Counted from the first letter of the stretch, positions 14,966-31,301 are shown. The stretch is 64,000 nucleotides of DNA from the human T2T-CHM13v2.0 reference genome, Homo sapiens (GCF_009914755.1 NC_060925.1); one strand, 5' to 3'. Notes: generated by a model from the letters alone, not told the origin. Made by a program: numbers and translations.

Positions 14966-17763
14966 TTTTCAAATTTTTCAGGGTAAGTAAAAACATTTTA
15001 AGTAATTCACAAAATGGTATAAATCACTCACAAATAAAAATCTGTAAATAATTTTTATCAGAATCAGAAATTTCCATTACAAATAAAAATATCTAAATTT
15101 TAAAAATTTCTGTTTTCTCTACTGTAAAATTATATTGATTTAGATAAGATTTTCTCAAGCATCAAAAAACTTCTTATAATATTAAGTAGAGACTTAACCG
15201 GTCAGATAACTTATTTTCCTCCCTCCAACTTTATCTGCTAACCTTAATAATCAGAACTAAGTAAAACAATACTTGCTCATTAACAATTTATCTCTACACA
15301 AAAATGGAAAGAATTTTGAGATGTGCATGCAGATAAACAGGTAGAAAGTTCCATCTTATACGTCATAATGGTATATCTACAAAAAGGCCAAAGCAGTTGT
15401 CAGGTTCAGCCAATTTCCTGAAAAACAATGAAAACTGATCAAGTGAACTAATTGTTTAATTGGATTAAATGGCGAGTTTTTTTCTAGATAGCCTGTCTTT
15501 GGGGGTCTTTTTCAATCTCTCTATGTGCAATTTACATAGAATAGCACTAACTGTTCTTTGTAGCGTTTTGATGAAGACTTTTATTTTAACAGTTTCTAAA
15601 GCTCATTAGTAAATTAAAATGTTAATTCTAATAAAATAGAAAAATCTACATACATAAATTTCTTAGTAACACAGGCCATACTTCTTAATCCACCTAAAAC
15701 TAAAATATTGCAACAATATAATACCAAAAATAAGATTATTTCAAAGCCCAAAGTAATGTTAACCTAGACATCTGACACCACCAGTCTGCAGATACGGGGG
15801 TGGGAATGTGGACCTCCTGTTTGATGGAGCAAAGTGAAAGTGCATATATCACCTCCTTCCCACCACCAACCCTGCAGATGCAGATGGAGGTCAGGGATGA
15901 GCTGGGGTTTCATTTTACACATATTTCTTGGTTATAAAATAAAACTAAGGACATATGGCTTATTTCTTAGGCAGCTTCGAATACCCATGAATCAAAATAT
16001 TATGTATCAAATATGACTATGTGAGTAATATTGTCTGAGATTATTTCAATTATTTATGAAAGGTAATTAAAAGCAAGTAAAACAACAGAAATTATAGTAG
16101 ATATTTTACTATTTAATTTTCTTTTTTTAAAGTGAAGCTCAGAAAAATGATGGCGTGCACTGGCCTTCATCCTAAGGCAGTTGCCTCTTCCTTGCCCCTC
16201 TGGCTTCATTTCCCTGTGCCAAGCTCAGCCACTGGAATTCTTACCAGAGCTCCAGAGACTATAGCTAAGCTGACCGAGTTGCCTATGTACTTTCTGGGTC
16301 CTGTCACCCTTCTCTTTGACCTAAGTCTTCAGATCTGGCAATCTCTGAGTTGGTGGGGGCCCTTCCATCTTCTTCCCCCTAAGAAGCAAGCCTCGAACCC
16401 CTCTCCTCTGGGACAAACTATATTAATTCTTTAAGAGGTCTAGATCTTGGAAAACAAGGATCTGTATAAGATTCATCTTTAGGATGGTTTAGTCCCACCT
16501 CTCTGCTTTTCTTTGTTAGGCTTTTGTCCACAGAAAGACTGTTTTAGCTCTCTGGGATCAAAGTTAGCCTAGAAATTGAGAGCACAAAGCCTGGCTATTC
16601 TTTATTAGCTGTGCAGAACGGATGCAATTGGTTTACTTAGTCACCTTATTATCTAACTGAATTCATTAATCTTGTTGACTCCAACCACCTTACACATTTT
16701 GTGTAATCAGCAACTCTTTTATGATCATTACTACCAATAACTGGCAACTGTTGTCTAATACCACCAACAAAATTTCTTTAAAAATGAAAAACACCACCAT
16801 CACCACCAACAACCAACAACCCATCACCACCACCCCAACCACCACGATCACCACTCACATGGCTGAATCACCCAGCCCCACGATGTTACCCTATCTTACA
16901 ACCTCGGCTCAAGAAAAGCATCTCCTTCACTGCACTGTGCATCGTTCATATCAGTGCCACAGTAGAATCATGGAACTCAACCTCACTTGGGCTGTCATTA
17001 CTCCTCCGAAATATTTGGCTTCTCCTATTTTGTCCTTTTCCCATCCTCCTCAGCAAGTTTTCTAAAATTTTGCCACTCTTCTCAAACCAATTTCCCCAGG
17101 GCAGCCCCAGAGCCTCATGACCAAGATGCCTCTTTCACAGAGATAATTCTTTCACTTTAGCAGGTGAGAAATTCCACAGTTTTTCATACTCATCGAAACA
17201 AATTTGCCTATTCTGCATCCAGCCCAACCACTTTTGCACTAATCACAGAGAAAGGGTTTTTCCAAGGGTTATTCCTCTGCTGAGCTTTTGAACAGTCACC
17301 CTTGCATCTCCATTAGTCATCAGTTACTCTGCCTGCCATCTCCCTTTACTTTCTCCACCTCTTCCTCCTCTCCTTCCTGTCTCCTTCCTCCTTCTTGATC
17401 TTTGCCCTCATATTTCCTGCCTGTCTCCCCATAACAGTCCTCCTTCTCCCATTTCCCTCCCTATCTGACTCCCATCTTTCTGTATTTATCCATTCAGTAT
17501 CCACTGGTTGGTTCCTTCCCTGTAAGAACACTATGCTCACGTCTCACCATATTCTCTTTTTAGCCCATGCTAAATTGTGTTCCTGCCCTATCACTTTCCT
17601 TCCTTTGGCAACTAAGGTCCTCAAAATAATGGCTTATTGTTTCTACTCTACCCACATCTGCCACACTCACATGCACACTGAAACTGCGTTTTCTGGGGTC
17701 ATTTAAGGTCATATTTGTCAAATTCAATAAACTATATTAAGTGCTAATATTTTAAGTCTACAC

Positions 17764-18127
17764 TGATAAGGTTTGGCTGTGTCCCCACCCAAATCTCATA
17801 TTGTAGCTCCTGTAATACCCACGTGTCGTGGAAGGGACCTGGTGGGAGGTAACTGAATCATGAGGGTGGGGTCTTTACCATGTTGTTCTCATGATAATGA
17901 ATAAGTCTCACGAGATCTGATGGTTTTATAAAGGAGAGTTCCCCTGCACATGCTCTCTCTCTTGCCTGTTTCCATGCAAGACGTGACTTTGCTCCTCCTT
18001 TGACTTCTGCCTTGATTGTGAGGCCTCCCCAGCCATGTGGAACTGTGAGTCCATGAAATGTCTTTCCTTTATAAATTACCCAGTCTCAGGTATGTCTTTA
18101 TTAGCAGTGTGAGAACAGACTAATACA
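17764..18127 (+). mobile_element. THE1 solo LTR (MaLR)
   Basis: tgataaggtttggctgtgtccccacccaaatctca...gaacagactaataca; TSD TACAC/TATAC. Confidence 0.9.
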
Positions 18128-18824
18128 TATACTTTCTGACGAATCCAATACTGTTGAAAATTCCTTTCTCTTAAAACCCTCTTCCCATTTGCTTTCTAAG
18201 ATGCCACTTTTTCTCAGTGTTCTTCCACTCCTCTCTGGTCTCTATCAGCTCCTTTGCTGGCTCCTCTGACCTGCCTCTCTGATGCCTGTGCTCCCAGGAA
18301 GCTCTGGGCTTCTCTTTTCTCCTGGTGCAATCTCCCGGCAACCTCTTCCACTTTTTTTGTTTTTTGTTACCACCTACACATGACTGATCCTCAAATCTCT
18401 CTCCCCAACCCTGACCAAGCATCAAGCTTACACATATCTAATTTTCTGTAAAACGTCTACACCTGAATTTCCCCAAAACCCTTATACTCATCATGTTCAA
18501 AATAGAACACGTTCAGCAAGGTTACAGAAGACAAGATCAACACATACACACACAAATATCAATCACATTTTACATGCTAACAATGAACATGCAGAAACTG
18601 AAACTACAAACAAAATACTATTTACAATTGATTCCAACGAAAATGAAATACTTAAGTTTACATTTACCAAAACATGTGCAGGATCTCATGATGTAAAGAT
18701 GTTGATGAAAGACATCAAAGAACACTTTAATAAATGTAGAGATATACCAACTCCAAGCATTAGAAGAAAACAGTAAATATATCAATTCTGCCTAAATTTA
18801 TCTATAGATTTAATGCAATTTTTA

Positions 18825-19205
<381 letters not shown>

Positions 19206-19555
19206 TAAAATTTATATGAGAGGTCACACACTCTGGAGTAGCTAAAACAATCTAGACAAAGAAGAGTAAGGTAGGAGGAGCCATTCTACCTGATATTAAA
19301 CCTTACAAGATACCTACAGTAAACAAGGCAGTATGGTATTCATGGAAGGAAAGACACATAGATCAATGGAACAGAATAGAGAACCCATAAATAGACCCAT
19401 GAAAACAAGCTCAACTGATTTTTGACAAAGGTGTTAAGGCAGTTCAAATGGACAGTCTGTCCTACAAATGGTGCTAAAGCAATTGAACATTGAACATATA
19501 TAAGCAAAAATAAGAACCTTAAGCTAAACCTCACAACTTGTACAAAAATTAACTC

Positions 19556-19859
19556 GACCAGGCACGGTGGCTCACGCCTGTAATCCCAGTACTTTGGGAG
19601 GCCCAGGCGGGCAGATCACGAGGTCAGGAGATCGAGACCATCCTGGCTAACATGGTGAAACCCCGTCAGTTCTAAAAATACAAAAAAAATTAGCTGGGCG
19701 TGGTGGTGGGTGCCTGTAGTCCCAGCTACTCAGGAGGCTGAGGCAGGAGAATGATGTGAACCCGGGAGGAGGAGCTTGCAGTGAGCCGAGATCATGCCAC
19801 TGCACTCCAGCATGGGCGACACAGCGAGACTCCATCTCCAAAAAAAAAAAAAAAAAAAA
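19556..19859 (+). mobile_element. AluY-like nested in L1
   Basis: Diagnostic gagatcgagaccatcctggctaa and gagcttgcagtgag; TSD aaaaattaactc. Confidence 0.92.
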
Positions 19860-20242
19860 TTAACTCAAAATAAACCATAGATTTAAATGTAAAACATAAA
19901 CGATAAAAATATTTTAAAAATAAGAGAATATCATTGGAATTGGGATCTAGCGCTAGGCAAAGTGTGCTTGGATTTGACACAAGCACAACTCATAAAGAAG
20001 CACAACTCATAAAAAGAATCCTTTATAAATTGGGCTTCATCAAAAGTTAAAACTTTTGCTGTGCTAAAGACCATATTTAGAGGATGAGAAGATACGCTAC
20101 ACATTGGGAAAAAATATTTGCTAACCACATATACAAAAAAGGACTAGGCATCAGGAAGGAGGAAACTATTCAATTGTACACTTTAAATAGGTACCAGAAG
20201 AAATAGATGCTAACTCAGAATTCTATAACCATAAAAAATATT

Positions 20243-20551
<309 letters not shown>

Positions 20552-20554
20552 CCT

Positions 20555-21742
20555 CAAAATTGAAGGTAAAATAAACACATTTTCAGATAAACAAATGCTG
20601 AAAAAATTCATCACCAAGAGACTTACAAGAAATGCTAAAGAATGTTCTTGAGACTGAAAAGAAATGATAGAAGATTAAAAAGTTAAATCTACAGGAAATA
20701 AAGGAAAGTGCCAGTCATAGTCAATAGATTGATTAATATCACAAAAAGCTGTTTCCTTATTCTCTTAAAAGACAATTTCTTAAAAGGCAATTCACTGTTT
20801 ATATCCAGGTGAGATTTATAATATATGTAGAAGGAAAATTTAAGACACAGCATGAAGCATAGGGAAATTACATTGAGTTACACTCTTCTAAGGTTGCTTT
20901 ATTTGGGAAGTGAAAAATGGGAAGTGCATAGTGATAGAAGTGAGGTTAGAAATGAGCAATATGAAGTAGGAAGTGTCAGGTGTGAAGTGTGAAGTGTTAG
21001 ATATTGATTCTAAAGAGACTTTGATAGATTAAAGATGCATATTATTAGCCCCAGAGCAGCCATTACAAACACAGGAAGAGACATAGGTAACAAGTCAGCA
21101 GAAGAAATACCATGAGATGCTAAAATATCCAAACAATCCAAAAGCACACGAGAAATGAAAAACAGAGGAACAAGAAACAGAAAAGAGAAATTTAAAAAAC
21201 AGTGAGATGGAAGAATTAAACCATGCCATATCAAAAGTTACAATGCGTATAAGTGAACTAAAACACTAATGTAAAGGCAGAGAGCATCTAATTCAAAAAA
21301 GGATGATGCATCTATATGTTGCCTACAAGAGATGCTCTTTGAATCAAATAATACAAATAAGTTAGAAGGTATAAGAATGGAAAAAAATATACCATGCAGA
21401 AAATAAGAAAGCTGGAATAGACTTCAAGACAAAGAATATTACAGGAGATAAATGGGATGTTTGATAATAAGCAAAGGAGAAATTCATCAAGCAGACATAC
21501 AACTCTAATGCACATAATAATATAGTTTAAACACTTATGAGGAAAAAAATTGAGAAAACTAAAGGAAGAAATAAATTCATAATCAAAGTTGGAAACTAAA
21601 ATCTTGAACAAATAAAGTAGACAAGAATAGATGAAAGTATTTGTAAGGCTATAAAAGGTCCGAATACTGTTATTAACCAACTTGACCTGACTAACATTTC
21701 CAGAACACTACACCCGATTACAGTAGAATACACTTTTTAAAG
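20555..21742 (+). mobile_element. Old L1M fragment (ORF1 end / ORF2 endonuclease start)
   Basis: cattttcagataaacaaatgctg and tatatgttgcctacaagaga motifs; continues after the nested L1 at about 22350. Confidence 0.7.
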
Positions 21743-22340
21743 TTTTTTTTTCTTTTAACTTTTACTTAAGGTTCAGGGGTACATGTGCCTTAGGTATGGT
21801 ATATAGGTAAACTTGCATTATGGGGGTTTGATATATAGATTATTTCCTCATCCATGTACTAAGCATAGTACCTGATAGGCATTTCATCTGATCCTGTTTC
21901 TCCTCACACCCTCCACCCTCAAATAGACCCTAGCATCTGTTGTTCCCCTCTGTGTCTATGTGTTCTTGTCGTTTAGCTCCCATTTATAAGTCAGAACGTG
22001 CAATATTTTGTTTTCTGTTCCTGCATTAGTTTACTTAGGATAATGGCCTCCAGCTCCATTTGTTGCAAAGGATAGAGATGGATGATCTCATTCTTTTTTA
22101 TGGCCGCATAATATTCCATGGTGTTTATGTACCACATTTTCTTTATCCAGTGTATCATTGATAGGAATTTAGGTTGATTCTAGGTCTTTGCTATTATGAA
22201 TAGTGCTACCATGAACATACTCATGCAAGTGGCTTTCTGGTAGAATGATTTGTATTTTAGGGGATATATATCCAATAATGGGATTGCTGGGTCAAATGGT
22301 AATTCTGTTTTTCATTCTTTGAGGAATCACCACACTGCTT
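21743..22340 (-). mobile_element. L1PA/L1PB 3' end nested in the older L1
   Basis: poly(T), ggttcaggggtacatgtg, aatggcctccagctccat, tatgtaccacattttctttatccag. Confidence 0.88.
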
Positions 22341-24943
22341 TTTTTTTTTCAAGTGCACGTGGACGTTCACCAAATTGCACATAGATAAGGCAATAAATTT
22401 CGAACAATTGAGGGGAAAATAAACTTGTCTTGTCTTCTATGCATATCTAAAAAGTTCTACAAATGGATAGCGAGATATGGACAGGTGATACTTTGTCCCA
22501 CTCATTTTCTGCCCACCTTTTCAAACTCCAATAAGCCCAAGAGTCACTACTCCCATGAAGCCCTGATAAACACCACCCAAAATTGGCCCCTCGATGTGTG
22601 CCTACCTTCAACCTTCCATATTCTTTATGACACTCAACAATGCCTTATCACACTTCTTTTGCACGTTTTTCTGATTATTGGTCACCTTTCCTAGACCACT
22701 AGACCCAAGAACAGGGATCATATATAATTTGTGTGTGCAGACCCAGTCCCTAGCACAGTGCCTGCCACAGAACAGGCATTTAATAGTTGTTGTTCATCAA
22801 TGAATGCTATTCTTAGTAATGGTTGGGTCAATTTTAAAGCAAGTATGACTGGCTTCTGTGCCTACCACCTGCCCCGCTCAAATAAAGGAAAATTTCCAGG
22901 GAAAGACAGCATGATGAAAAATAGGCCTGAAGTAAAAGATTAAAGGAAGCACATTTTGACTGATAAGAAGAAAGAGAAGTTTCCTTAAGAATGATTTTCT
23001 GTGCCAGCAGAAGATATTGCCTAGTGACAAAGTCAGAGTAAATGACCTTAGATCACCAAAACAATTCAGAGAGAAATAAGAAAATAATCCCTGTACAAAA
23101 AAGATGGAAGCAACAGGCTCTGCTGAAAAGTTGTGGAATTTTGATACTTGATAGTTTAATAAAGCCAACAAAGATTAGTTATTTTGAACAGTTAAATGTG
23201 GGTCCAGCAGAAGGATGATCTATTTGAGGATTTTTCCAAACAACAATTTTACCTATGAGTAAATAGAGATGCTGCAGGGAAATGTGAAAATGACTATTAG
23301 TGTATTCTTTGCCAAGAATATTTTCCCATCACTGTTTTTGTGTCCCATAATTCCCTGATCAATCATTTAGACTTTACATCGAGGCTGTCTCTTTTATCTT
23401 TTGAACCTTAGGCCTAATGGAAAGCCAAAGACAAAGTAAAGACTAAATACTAATTGTTGAAAGAATGTTTGTTAAATAGCATAGATATTATTCACCAGTT
23501 TCTCTGAGTTTGAATTTGTTTATTAGTAAAGGAGACAAGTTTACAGCATTGACCATTCAGGTCATCTTTCTTACCCATTATCAAATCCTCGGCCATCCCA
23601 GTTCTGTGAAATAGTGAAAAAAACAGTCAGTTCTATGTGTTGTTCCACCTGTAATTCGTTGTCACACTGAAAAGTGAAAGTCACAATATTGTATTATAGT
23701 TTGATGTGTTGTAATATCACTAGGAAAGCTACCTGCTTTAATTCTTACACAAGAACTTTTGATTATTTATCGTATTTCTTACATATATCATTTCTTACCT
23801 ATCCTATCTTCTTACACATGAACTATTTTATTTATTTATATTTGAAAACAGATCTTTTATTTAGACTTTTCAACAGTATGCAACGCTTTACCAATGCAAA
23901 TGCCTTACTAATCAACAAATATTCAGTGTCTGTCTCCTCCATATGAAAGTTTATAAGAGCATTATTATTATGAGTTTTATACTTCAGCTAGGGATTTAAC
24001 CACATAGACTGCAGAGGTGCTCTATCTTTATGTTTCTATGGTACAACAGAGCACATCTGGGTTTACATCAATGGCTGCACTCAGTTCCTGCAGAATAATA
24101 CTCCTAATCCTCATTCTCCATGCTTATAAAAAGAAAATTCAATTATGAAACCACAGCATCTAAACTACTTATCCCTGCAGCCCCAAGACTTCATTCATCT
24201 GGAGACAGGCTAATGACAGGGCAATTTAGTATTGGGAAATTTGAAAATTTACTTCAAGATAAGTTTGCTTTAAAAATGTGGGTAATAATTGCAACTGTAA
24301 GATTAAGCCAGGTTTGTCTCATTGTGTAGATTTCTTCCCATATCCTGCCCCCCCACTTTATGACAGTAATGATTTTGTGACTAAGACTGGTGTCACTATA
24401 ATGTTCTTGGGACAGAATGATAGTCCAATGACTCATCAGACAGTAGAAAGGGAAAATATTCAAGAAATTTAACATCATTGGTATTTGAAATATTTCAATA
24501 CTGTGAATCTATTCCTAAAAATAAGGACAACTAAATAACTTTATTCACTAATAAAAAGCCACAATCAAAACAACTGTGACAGAGTGTGGAACAAATTATA
24601 ATTACTTAAAGAATCATTGTGATTACTCATAAAAACCTTAACGTTTGCCAACCAATTTTTCTTGTCAAAATACATTGTTTCTTCTGGCGTTCATACCCTC
24701 AATTTGCCCAATTACTCTCCATAATTTTTTTTTTTTTTTTTTTTGGTGGCTGAGACACAAAATAGTATGCAGGTTCTGAAGACTTCTATCTGTAAGTACA
24801 ATATTTGAGAAGTAGATGAGTACCTTTCAAAGACAAATGTTGAGATTTGTGAGTAGGAAAGATAGGGGAAAAAAAAGTGTCATGAGGATTTTGGCCTATA
24901 CCGAGAAGTTTTTGAGTCGATTAGGAGCTCTGGAAACAAATGA

Positions 24944-25474
<531 letters not shown>

Positions 25475-26879
25475 GTGTCTATCCTTTTCTATAGCACCTC
25501 TAGGAAACACGAACCATGTCCAAGATACAATTAATTCCATCATATATTATCCCCAGCAAGATAGAGCTTCATTTACATGAAAAGTTGTATAGGCACAGAA
25601 CTCATCCTTAGGAAGTTGTCCGTGTTTGTTTTAAGTGACCATATTCATAAGCCCTCTCTTAGGTTTGAGTGTTTCCCTCCCAGTGCATTTAACCTCTTCT
25701 GACTCCCTACTGGCTGTTTGGCGACCACCTGCCCCAGCACTTTAGCCATGCTCTCCTTACTCAACAATATCCCATGCTCTAAACCTCCTTTCATCAAAAT
25801 TATGCCCCATTCCCTTAGGATACTGCTAAGTGAAGTTAATTTGATTGATTATTATGAACCAAGACATTAATTATTTAATAGATATTTGCATTTATCAGGG
25901 ATTGTTTCATGAGAACACTTAACATGAGATCTATCCTCTTAACAAATTTTCAAGTGCACAGCATAGCATTGCTGACTCTAGGCACAATGTTGTACATAGA
26001 TATCTAGAACTTATTTTCCATAAATGCATTCAATTGAGGTTTTCTCAAAGAAGTTGTTCAAATAATGTCTTTATATAGTACTTACTGTATGTCAGGTACC
26101 CGGTAAAATCTTGGATATTCAGAAGTAGACAAAATACATGTGTTCCTTATCTTCTTGGAGCATTATAATGTAGTGGATCTTTGAGTCAACATTGCAGAGT
26201 GGCTGTCTCCATACCATTCCAGTCACATCAGGTAGGGAGATCATCTATTATGTCATCACATGGACTATAAACAGTCTATAAAAGTTCATTCGGGGTAGCA
26301 TTTATGTTCTGGGACTCAGGATGTAATGTTGTTGGTGTTGTTCTAGCACCAACAATAACCATGTGAGTTAGACAGTTCTATTCCCATTTTGCAGAGAAGA
26401 CTGCTTTTACAGAATTAAATCCTCTACCTATGGGTCATGGGACAAGCAAACAACAGTATCAGGATCTGGAGATGACTTTGAACTCCAAGTCCAACATTGT
26501 CCACTCCACCACAGGTGCCACCTCAGATTCTCCCCAAGTCCCCTTGGATATGGAGTGAGTAGATTATCAGGATTTGCATGCCATCTTCAGCTTCTCACTG
26601 GATGCCCACATGGTGGGAGGAATAGAATTGTAACGCAGGTTTTAAGTTCTTACTTCTATAATAGTCCTATGCTAATAATGTATCATTCTTACTGTGTAAA
26701 TCAAGATTGACAAGCTGCTCAGCCATGCAGCTCACCTTTAATAATCATTCATTACATTCCTGAAACTGAGAGTTGATGTAGCATGAAAAATCATAGTGCT
26801 ACTTTATGAATGTTATATAAATGAGTCAACAATGGCATCTGTGTATGGGGCCCTAGATTGTTTATTTCTTCACTGCAGG

Positions 26880-27390
26880 CAGAGACCCGCTAACTCAAAA
26901 ATCTGACAGCTCCAAACTCAAATTTTTACACATCCAATTGTTAGATCGGTCCAAACAAGCAGATAGTCTAAATAAGCATATTTGTAGCCACTTAGAGCCT
27001 GTCTGTATTGTGTACTCAGTAAAACTGCACCAAACATCTGCTAGCAATAGATAAGTTCTGGGCCCTAAAGACCCCAAGCTGCTGCTGCCCTTTGGAGCTG
27101 TCTGAGTCACTCTTGCCATGCTGCTAATGATGTTACCTAGACACATAGCCCTCTATCAAATTTCCCTCTTCCCTGGAAGTCCCCTTGCCCTCCACTCTTT
27201 CTGAGTGGTGGCTTCCCGTACTTTAAACTCCGGAAGACCTCATGCTCTGAGGGACTTCTCCTGCTCTGAGGGACTTCTCCTGCATGCAAACCTGTCAAAG
27301 GCAAATAAAGCTTATCTGTGCTATTGCCACCTTGTGGTCATGTATTGCTTTTTAAAAAATCAGCCCCCATATCCCTCGAAGCATCTACAA
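26880..27390 (+). mobile_element. Possible old ERV solo LTR (family not assigned)
   Basis: LTR-like composition with AATAAA near the 3' end (27303-27308); weak recall-based match only. Confidence 0.4.
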
Positions 27391-27789
27391 CAATCTAAAA
27401 TTTCCTTGATTCGTTTGAAGACACACACAACATACATACAATTCCCCAAGCAAAAGCATGAAGTCAGCTTATTGTTTTTCATTTGTGCGTGGTATTTGGC
27501 AAATATTCAGCCACGACTAGTATGTAACAGTAATAGGCACAGGTGATTCTTATTTGACAATTGTGTAGCTTGCTACACAGAAGAGAACTAATTCACAGAG
27601 TAGATACTACCAGTCACATGAACTCATTAGCTTACCACTTCAAAGTTAATAGAGTGCCTCATGGGATCAGTCCTATTTTGGAAATGTTTGGAGGTCATAG
27701 GAGTAGAAAGTAAAGAACATCTTGTGGTCCCAGAAAATAAAGGAAACACTAAAAAATAAATCAATAAAAACAAAAAATAATTAAGGCTT

Positions 27790-28885
27790 GTTTAAGCACA
27801 AGGACCCACTTGACTGGCTAATGTTAGAGCAAATTGAGTCACAAAGTAAATAATGGTAGTACTGAACACATAGAATAAAATAAATATCTATGGTTCCAAA
27901 TTGTTATAAATAATAAAATAAGTGAACAAACAGGGAAAGAAATGGCTCTTCCTCATAGTAGAATTTAAATAAATGTATTAGATAAAAAACCATAATCGCC
28001 ATTAGGCAACCACCACAATAGTAACTGTCACAGACAGATAAGGTACTCTCATGGATGCAAAAATTTGTGGCTGAAAGTTTGAGAATAGATTTTGCATAGT
28101 TTCAACATATTTCCCTAAGATACATACTAACTACAAAGGGAAAAATGGTAACTTTATAGTAAAAAACATGGCAGACACCCACTTAACCAAAGCAATCAAA
28201 GTAAATATCAATAATAAGACACAGAGATTATCAACCCCTTAGTATGATGCCCTGAGGACACCACAACATCATTTCTGTGGTATTCTTGCCAAAAATCCAT
28301 AACTTCATTCCAATTATGAGAAAGTATCAGAATAATTCAAATTGGCAGACATTCTATAGAACAAATGATCCAGCCAGGCATGTTGCACTCTGTGGTCCCA
28401 GCCACTTGGGAGGCTGAGGCAGGAAGATGTCTTGAGGCCAGGAGTTTGAGGCTGCAGTGAGCTATGATCACACCTGTGACTGGTCACTGAACTCCAGCCT
28501 GGGCACCACAGCAAGACCTCATCTCTAAAACAAAACAACAGATCAATACTCTTCATAAGTGTCAAGTGATAAAAGATAACCAAGGGCTGAAAAACTGTTA
28601 CAGACAGGAAGAGACTAAGGAGAATTAACTAAATGCAATGTGGGATCCCAGGTGGGATCTTGCAACAGAGAAAGGATAATGGAAAAATTGGTGAAATTTG
28701 GAAAAACATCTATAATTAATATTATACTGATGTTAGTTTTCTGTTCTTGACCATTGTGCTATCGTTATGTAAGATGTTCATATAAGGGTAAGTAAGCTGG
28801 TGAGACATAAACGAATTTTTCATACAATTTTTCCAACTTTTCTGTATGTCGAAAATAGGTCAAAATAAAAAGTTTAATAAAATGA
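27790..28885 (+). mobile_element. L1MC/L1ME-like 3' UTR containing a FLAM/Alu monomer at about 28371-28540
   Basis: aaagggaaaaatggtaactttatagt...taaatgcaatgtgggatcc L1MC motifs; single-arm Alu inside. Confidence 0.75.
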
Positions 28886-29769
28886 ATCAAAATTTAAAAA
28901 GTGGTTGGTCAGTGAGGCAAACACTAAGGTACTAGTCTTTTGGCTGGGAAAAAAAACCTGAAGTTAGGTGATGGGAAGTCTTTAATCCAGTTTTTCAGTT
29001 CAAACAAATTGAGAAAGAGAAATGTTCCATAATTTAATGAAAGCAACCCAGACACAAACACACACCCTAGTTTTCAGCTCAGGTTGTCTTCCTAGACTTC
29101 TTAGTATATCCTAAAGTCATAGGCAGGAAGTTCAATGCCAAGGACAATTATACAGAATAGGAAATCTTATGTGATATATTTATTGTAGTTTAGTCTTTGA
29201 ACTTATACAGTTAGGATAATTTTCTGAAATGCATGCTTATTTAGGATTGGGGAATGTTGAAAGGGATACTGATGAATAATCAATAAAATTACATCTAATG
29301 ATTATGAAAGTATAAAGTCAAATATTGCTTACATTAAAATCAGAATGTTAGTAGAGAATATTTGCTAACAGTATGTATGTTGAAGGAGGGCTTTATTATT
29401 TTGGGGAAAATAACACAAAACTCCAGGAAATTATGATCTTACTATTCTCACCACAAGACTGTTAGTGATACAGGAAAATCACTTTTGAAACAAATGTTTG
29501 ATTATTAAGATAAAATGGCAATGAAGTTTTTCCTTCTTAATAATCAAAGTTTTTTTAAGACTTCAAGGAAATAATGGAGAAATAACTAGAGAGCTTAAAA
29601 GAACAGAAGAGACTGATGATGTGAAATTCTGCCCAGATGATCTAAATAGCTTCATAACAAGAATGATACGATGTACATTTATGAGATGTACCAAAAATGG
29701 TTACCATTTTATCTTGAATATAGTGAACTGCTAATTTATGTATTAAAAAATTACCATTGTGTTACACAG

Positions 29770-29965
29770 ATTTCTGGTTCCCAGTCCTGGCTACACCACA
29801 TAAAAATCACTTGGGGAGCTTTTTATAAAAATGCCAGTAGCTGGTCCCTCCCCTCAGAAATTCTGACTTAATTCATGACAAGTGAAGCTGAGCATCAACG
29901 TTTTAAAAGTTCCCAAAGAGATTCTAGTGTGTTGCTCTCCAACAACTAGGGTGAGAATTACTGTT
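29770..29965. mobile_element. MER5-like hAT MITE
   Basis: aaaatcacttggggagctttttataaaaatgcc...gagattctagtgtg. Confidence 0.6.
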
Positions 29966-30545
29966 ACAGGTGCTTTTTATTCAAATATATCTGTCATTGG
30001 ATATACAAGATAAATATTATAATCAAAATTACATTTTGGCAAGATACATAATTCAGTCCTTGAAGCAGCATTCTTAATCTTTAATAGAAATGGATGCCAG
30101 AAAATACGCTGAATAAATTGAATCTAACTAATGATAATTATAAATATAACCAAAAATAACAAAATCAGAAGGATTTAGTTTATTGTCATCTCATCCCAAG
30201 TATAATGAAAATTCATCTAATTTCATTTGAGATTATTTTGGTGTAAGAAATGTTCTTGGTTTAATTTTTCCTTCCCCCTAAAAAGATGACTACAAGGTGT
30301 AACTCTAAACCTGTATTTTTGTTTTGTGTGTCTACTCACATACCAAATGAAACCATATATAGCTGTATCATCAAAAATCAAAAATTTGTAAGTTACCCTG
30401 ACAATTTTCTTGATTAATGCATCAATGTTTTAAAAAGCAAACAAAAACCAATCCTCTATTGAGATACTTTCTGGTAAAGCACTTTCCATCTTGTAAAAAC
30501 TGTGAAATGTATTTGAAGTAGTTCTAACTAAAATTAACACATCTT

Positions 30546-30782
30546 GGATCACGAGGTCAGGAGTGCAAGACCAGCATGACCAACATGGTGAAACCCCATC
30601 TGTACTAAAAACATAAAAATTAGCTGGGCATGGTGGCATGCACCTGTAATCCCAGCTACTTGGGAGGCTGAGGCAGGGGAATTGCTTGAACCTGGGAGGC
30701 GGAGTTGCAGTGAGCCGAGATCACGCCACTACACTCTAGCCTGAGCGACAGAGCGAGACTCCGTCTCAAAAAAAAAAAAAAA
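30546..30782 (+). mobile_element. 5'-truncated Alu
   Basis: Starts at ggatcacgaggtcagg; perfect 16-bp TSD aaaattaacacatctt. Confidence 0.93.
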
Positions 30783-31301
30783 TTAACACATCTTTAGCTA
30801 CTATTGTGAGAAGGCGACCATTTCTATCACCTTCGCTGGTTGGTTTGACAATCACAAGAACATACAAGTTTTATTCAAACAAGTATCCTCCCTGTACACC
30901 ACAAAGCGTTGGGTGGTATGATAAGTCAATCTGGCTTGATCCACAAGAATTCTGGGTTGCGGTTTTCTCGGCAATTCATTCTTCAATACAGTTTTCAGCA
31001 CAAAATTAAAGTCCTTTAAGTTAGTTTCTGACAGGAAAGGCAGTTAACTTTCTGCCATTGAGCAGACATGGCCTAAATAGAAGTGTTCTCCTTTCATTCT
31101 TGATTTCCAAAGAAAATTTTAGGAGATAACAATAGAGACCAAGACTCTTCATATCACTGGGCTAAAGGTGTACCTATCTATTATTATGTTGTTTCAATCA
31201 GAAAAATACTCTTTCAAATGTATACTGGTAAGGCATGGTACTCAAATAAGCTAAAAGTTCATTGTAGTACATTAAAAAAAAAAGAAAAAAAGGTGTAATA
31301 A

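Noticed and set aside
16785-16860. Thr-rich ORF at 16721-17065
   Set aside because: Produced by a degenerate (CAC/CAA)n low-complexity tract, not a mucin-like gene.
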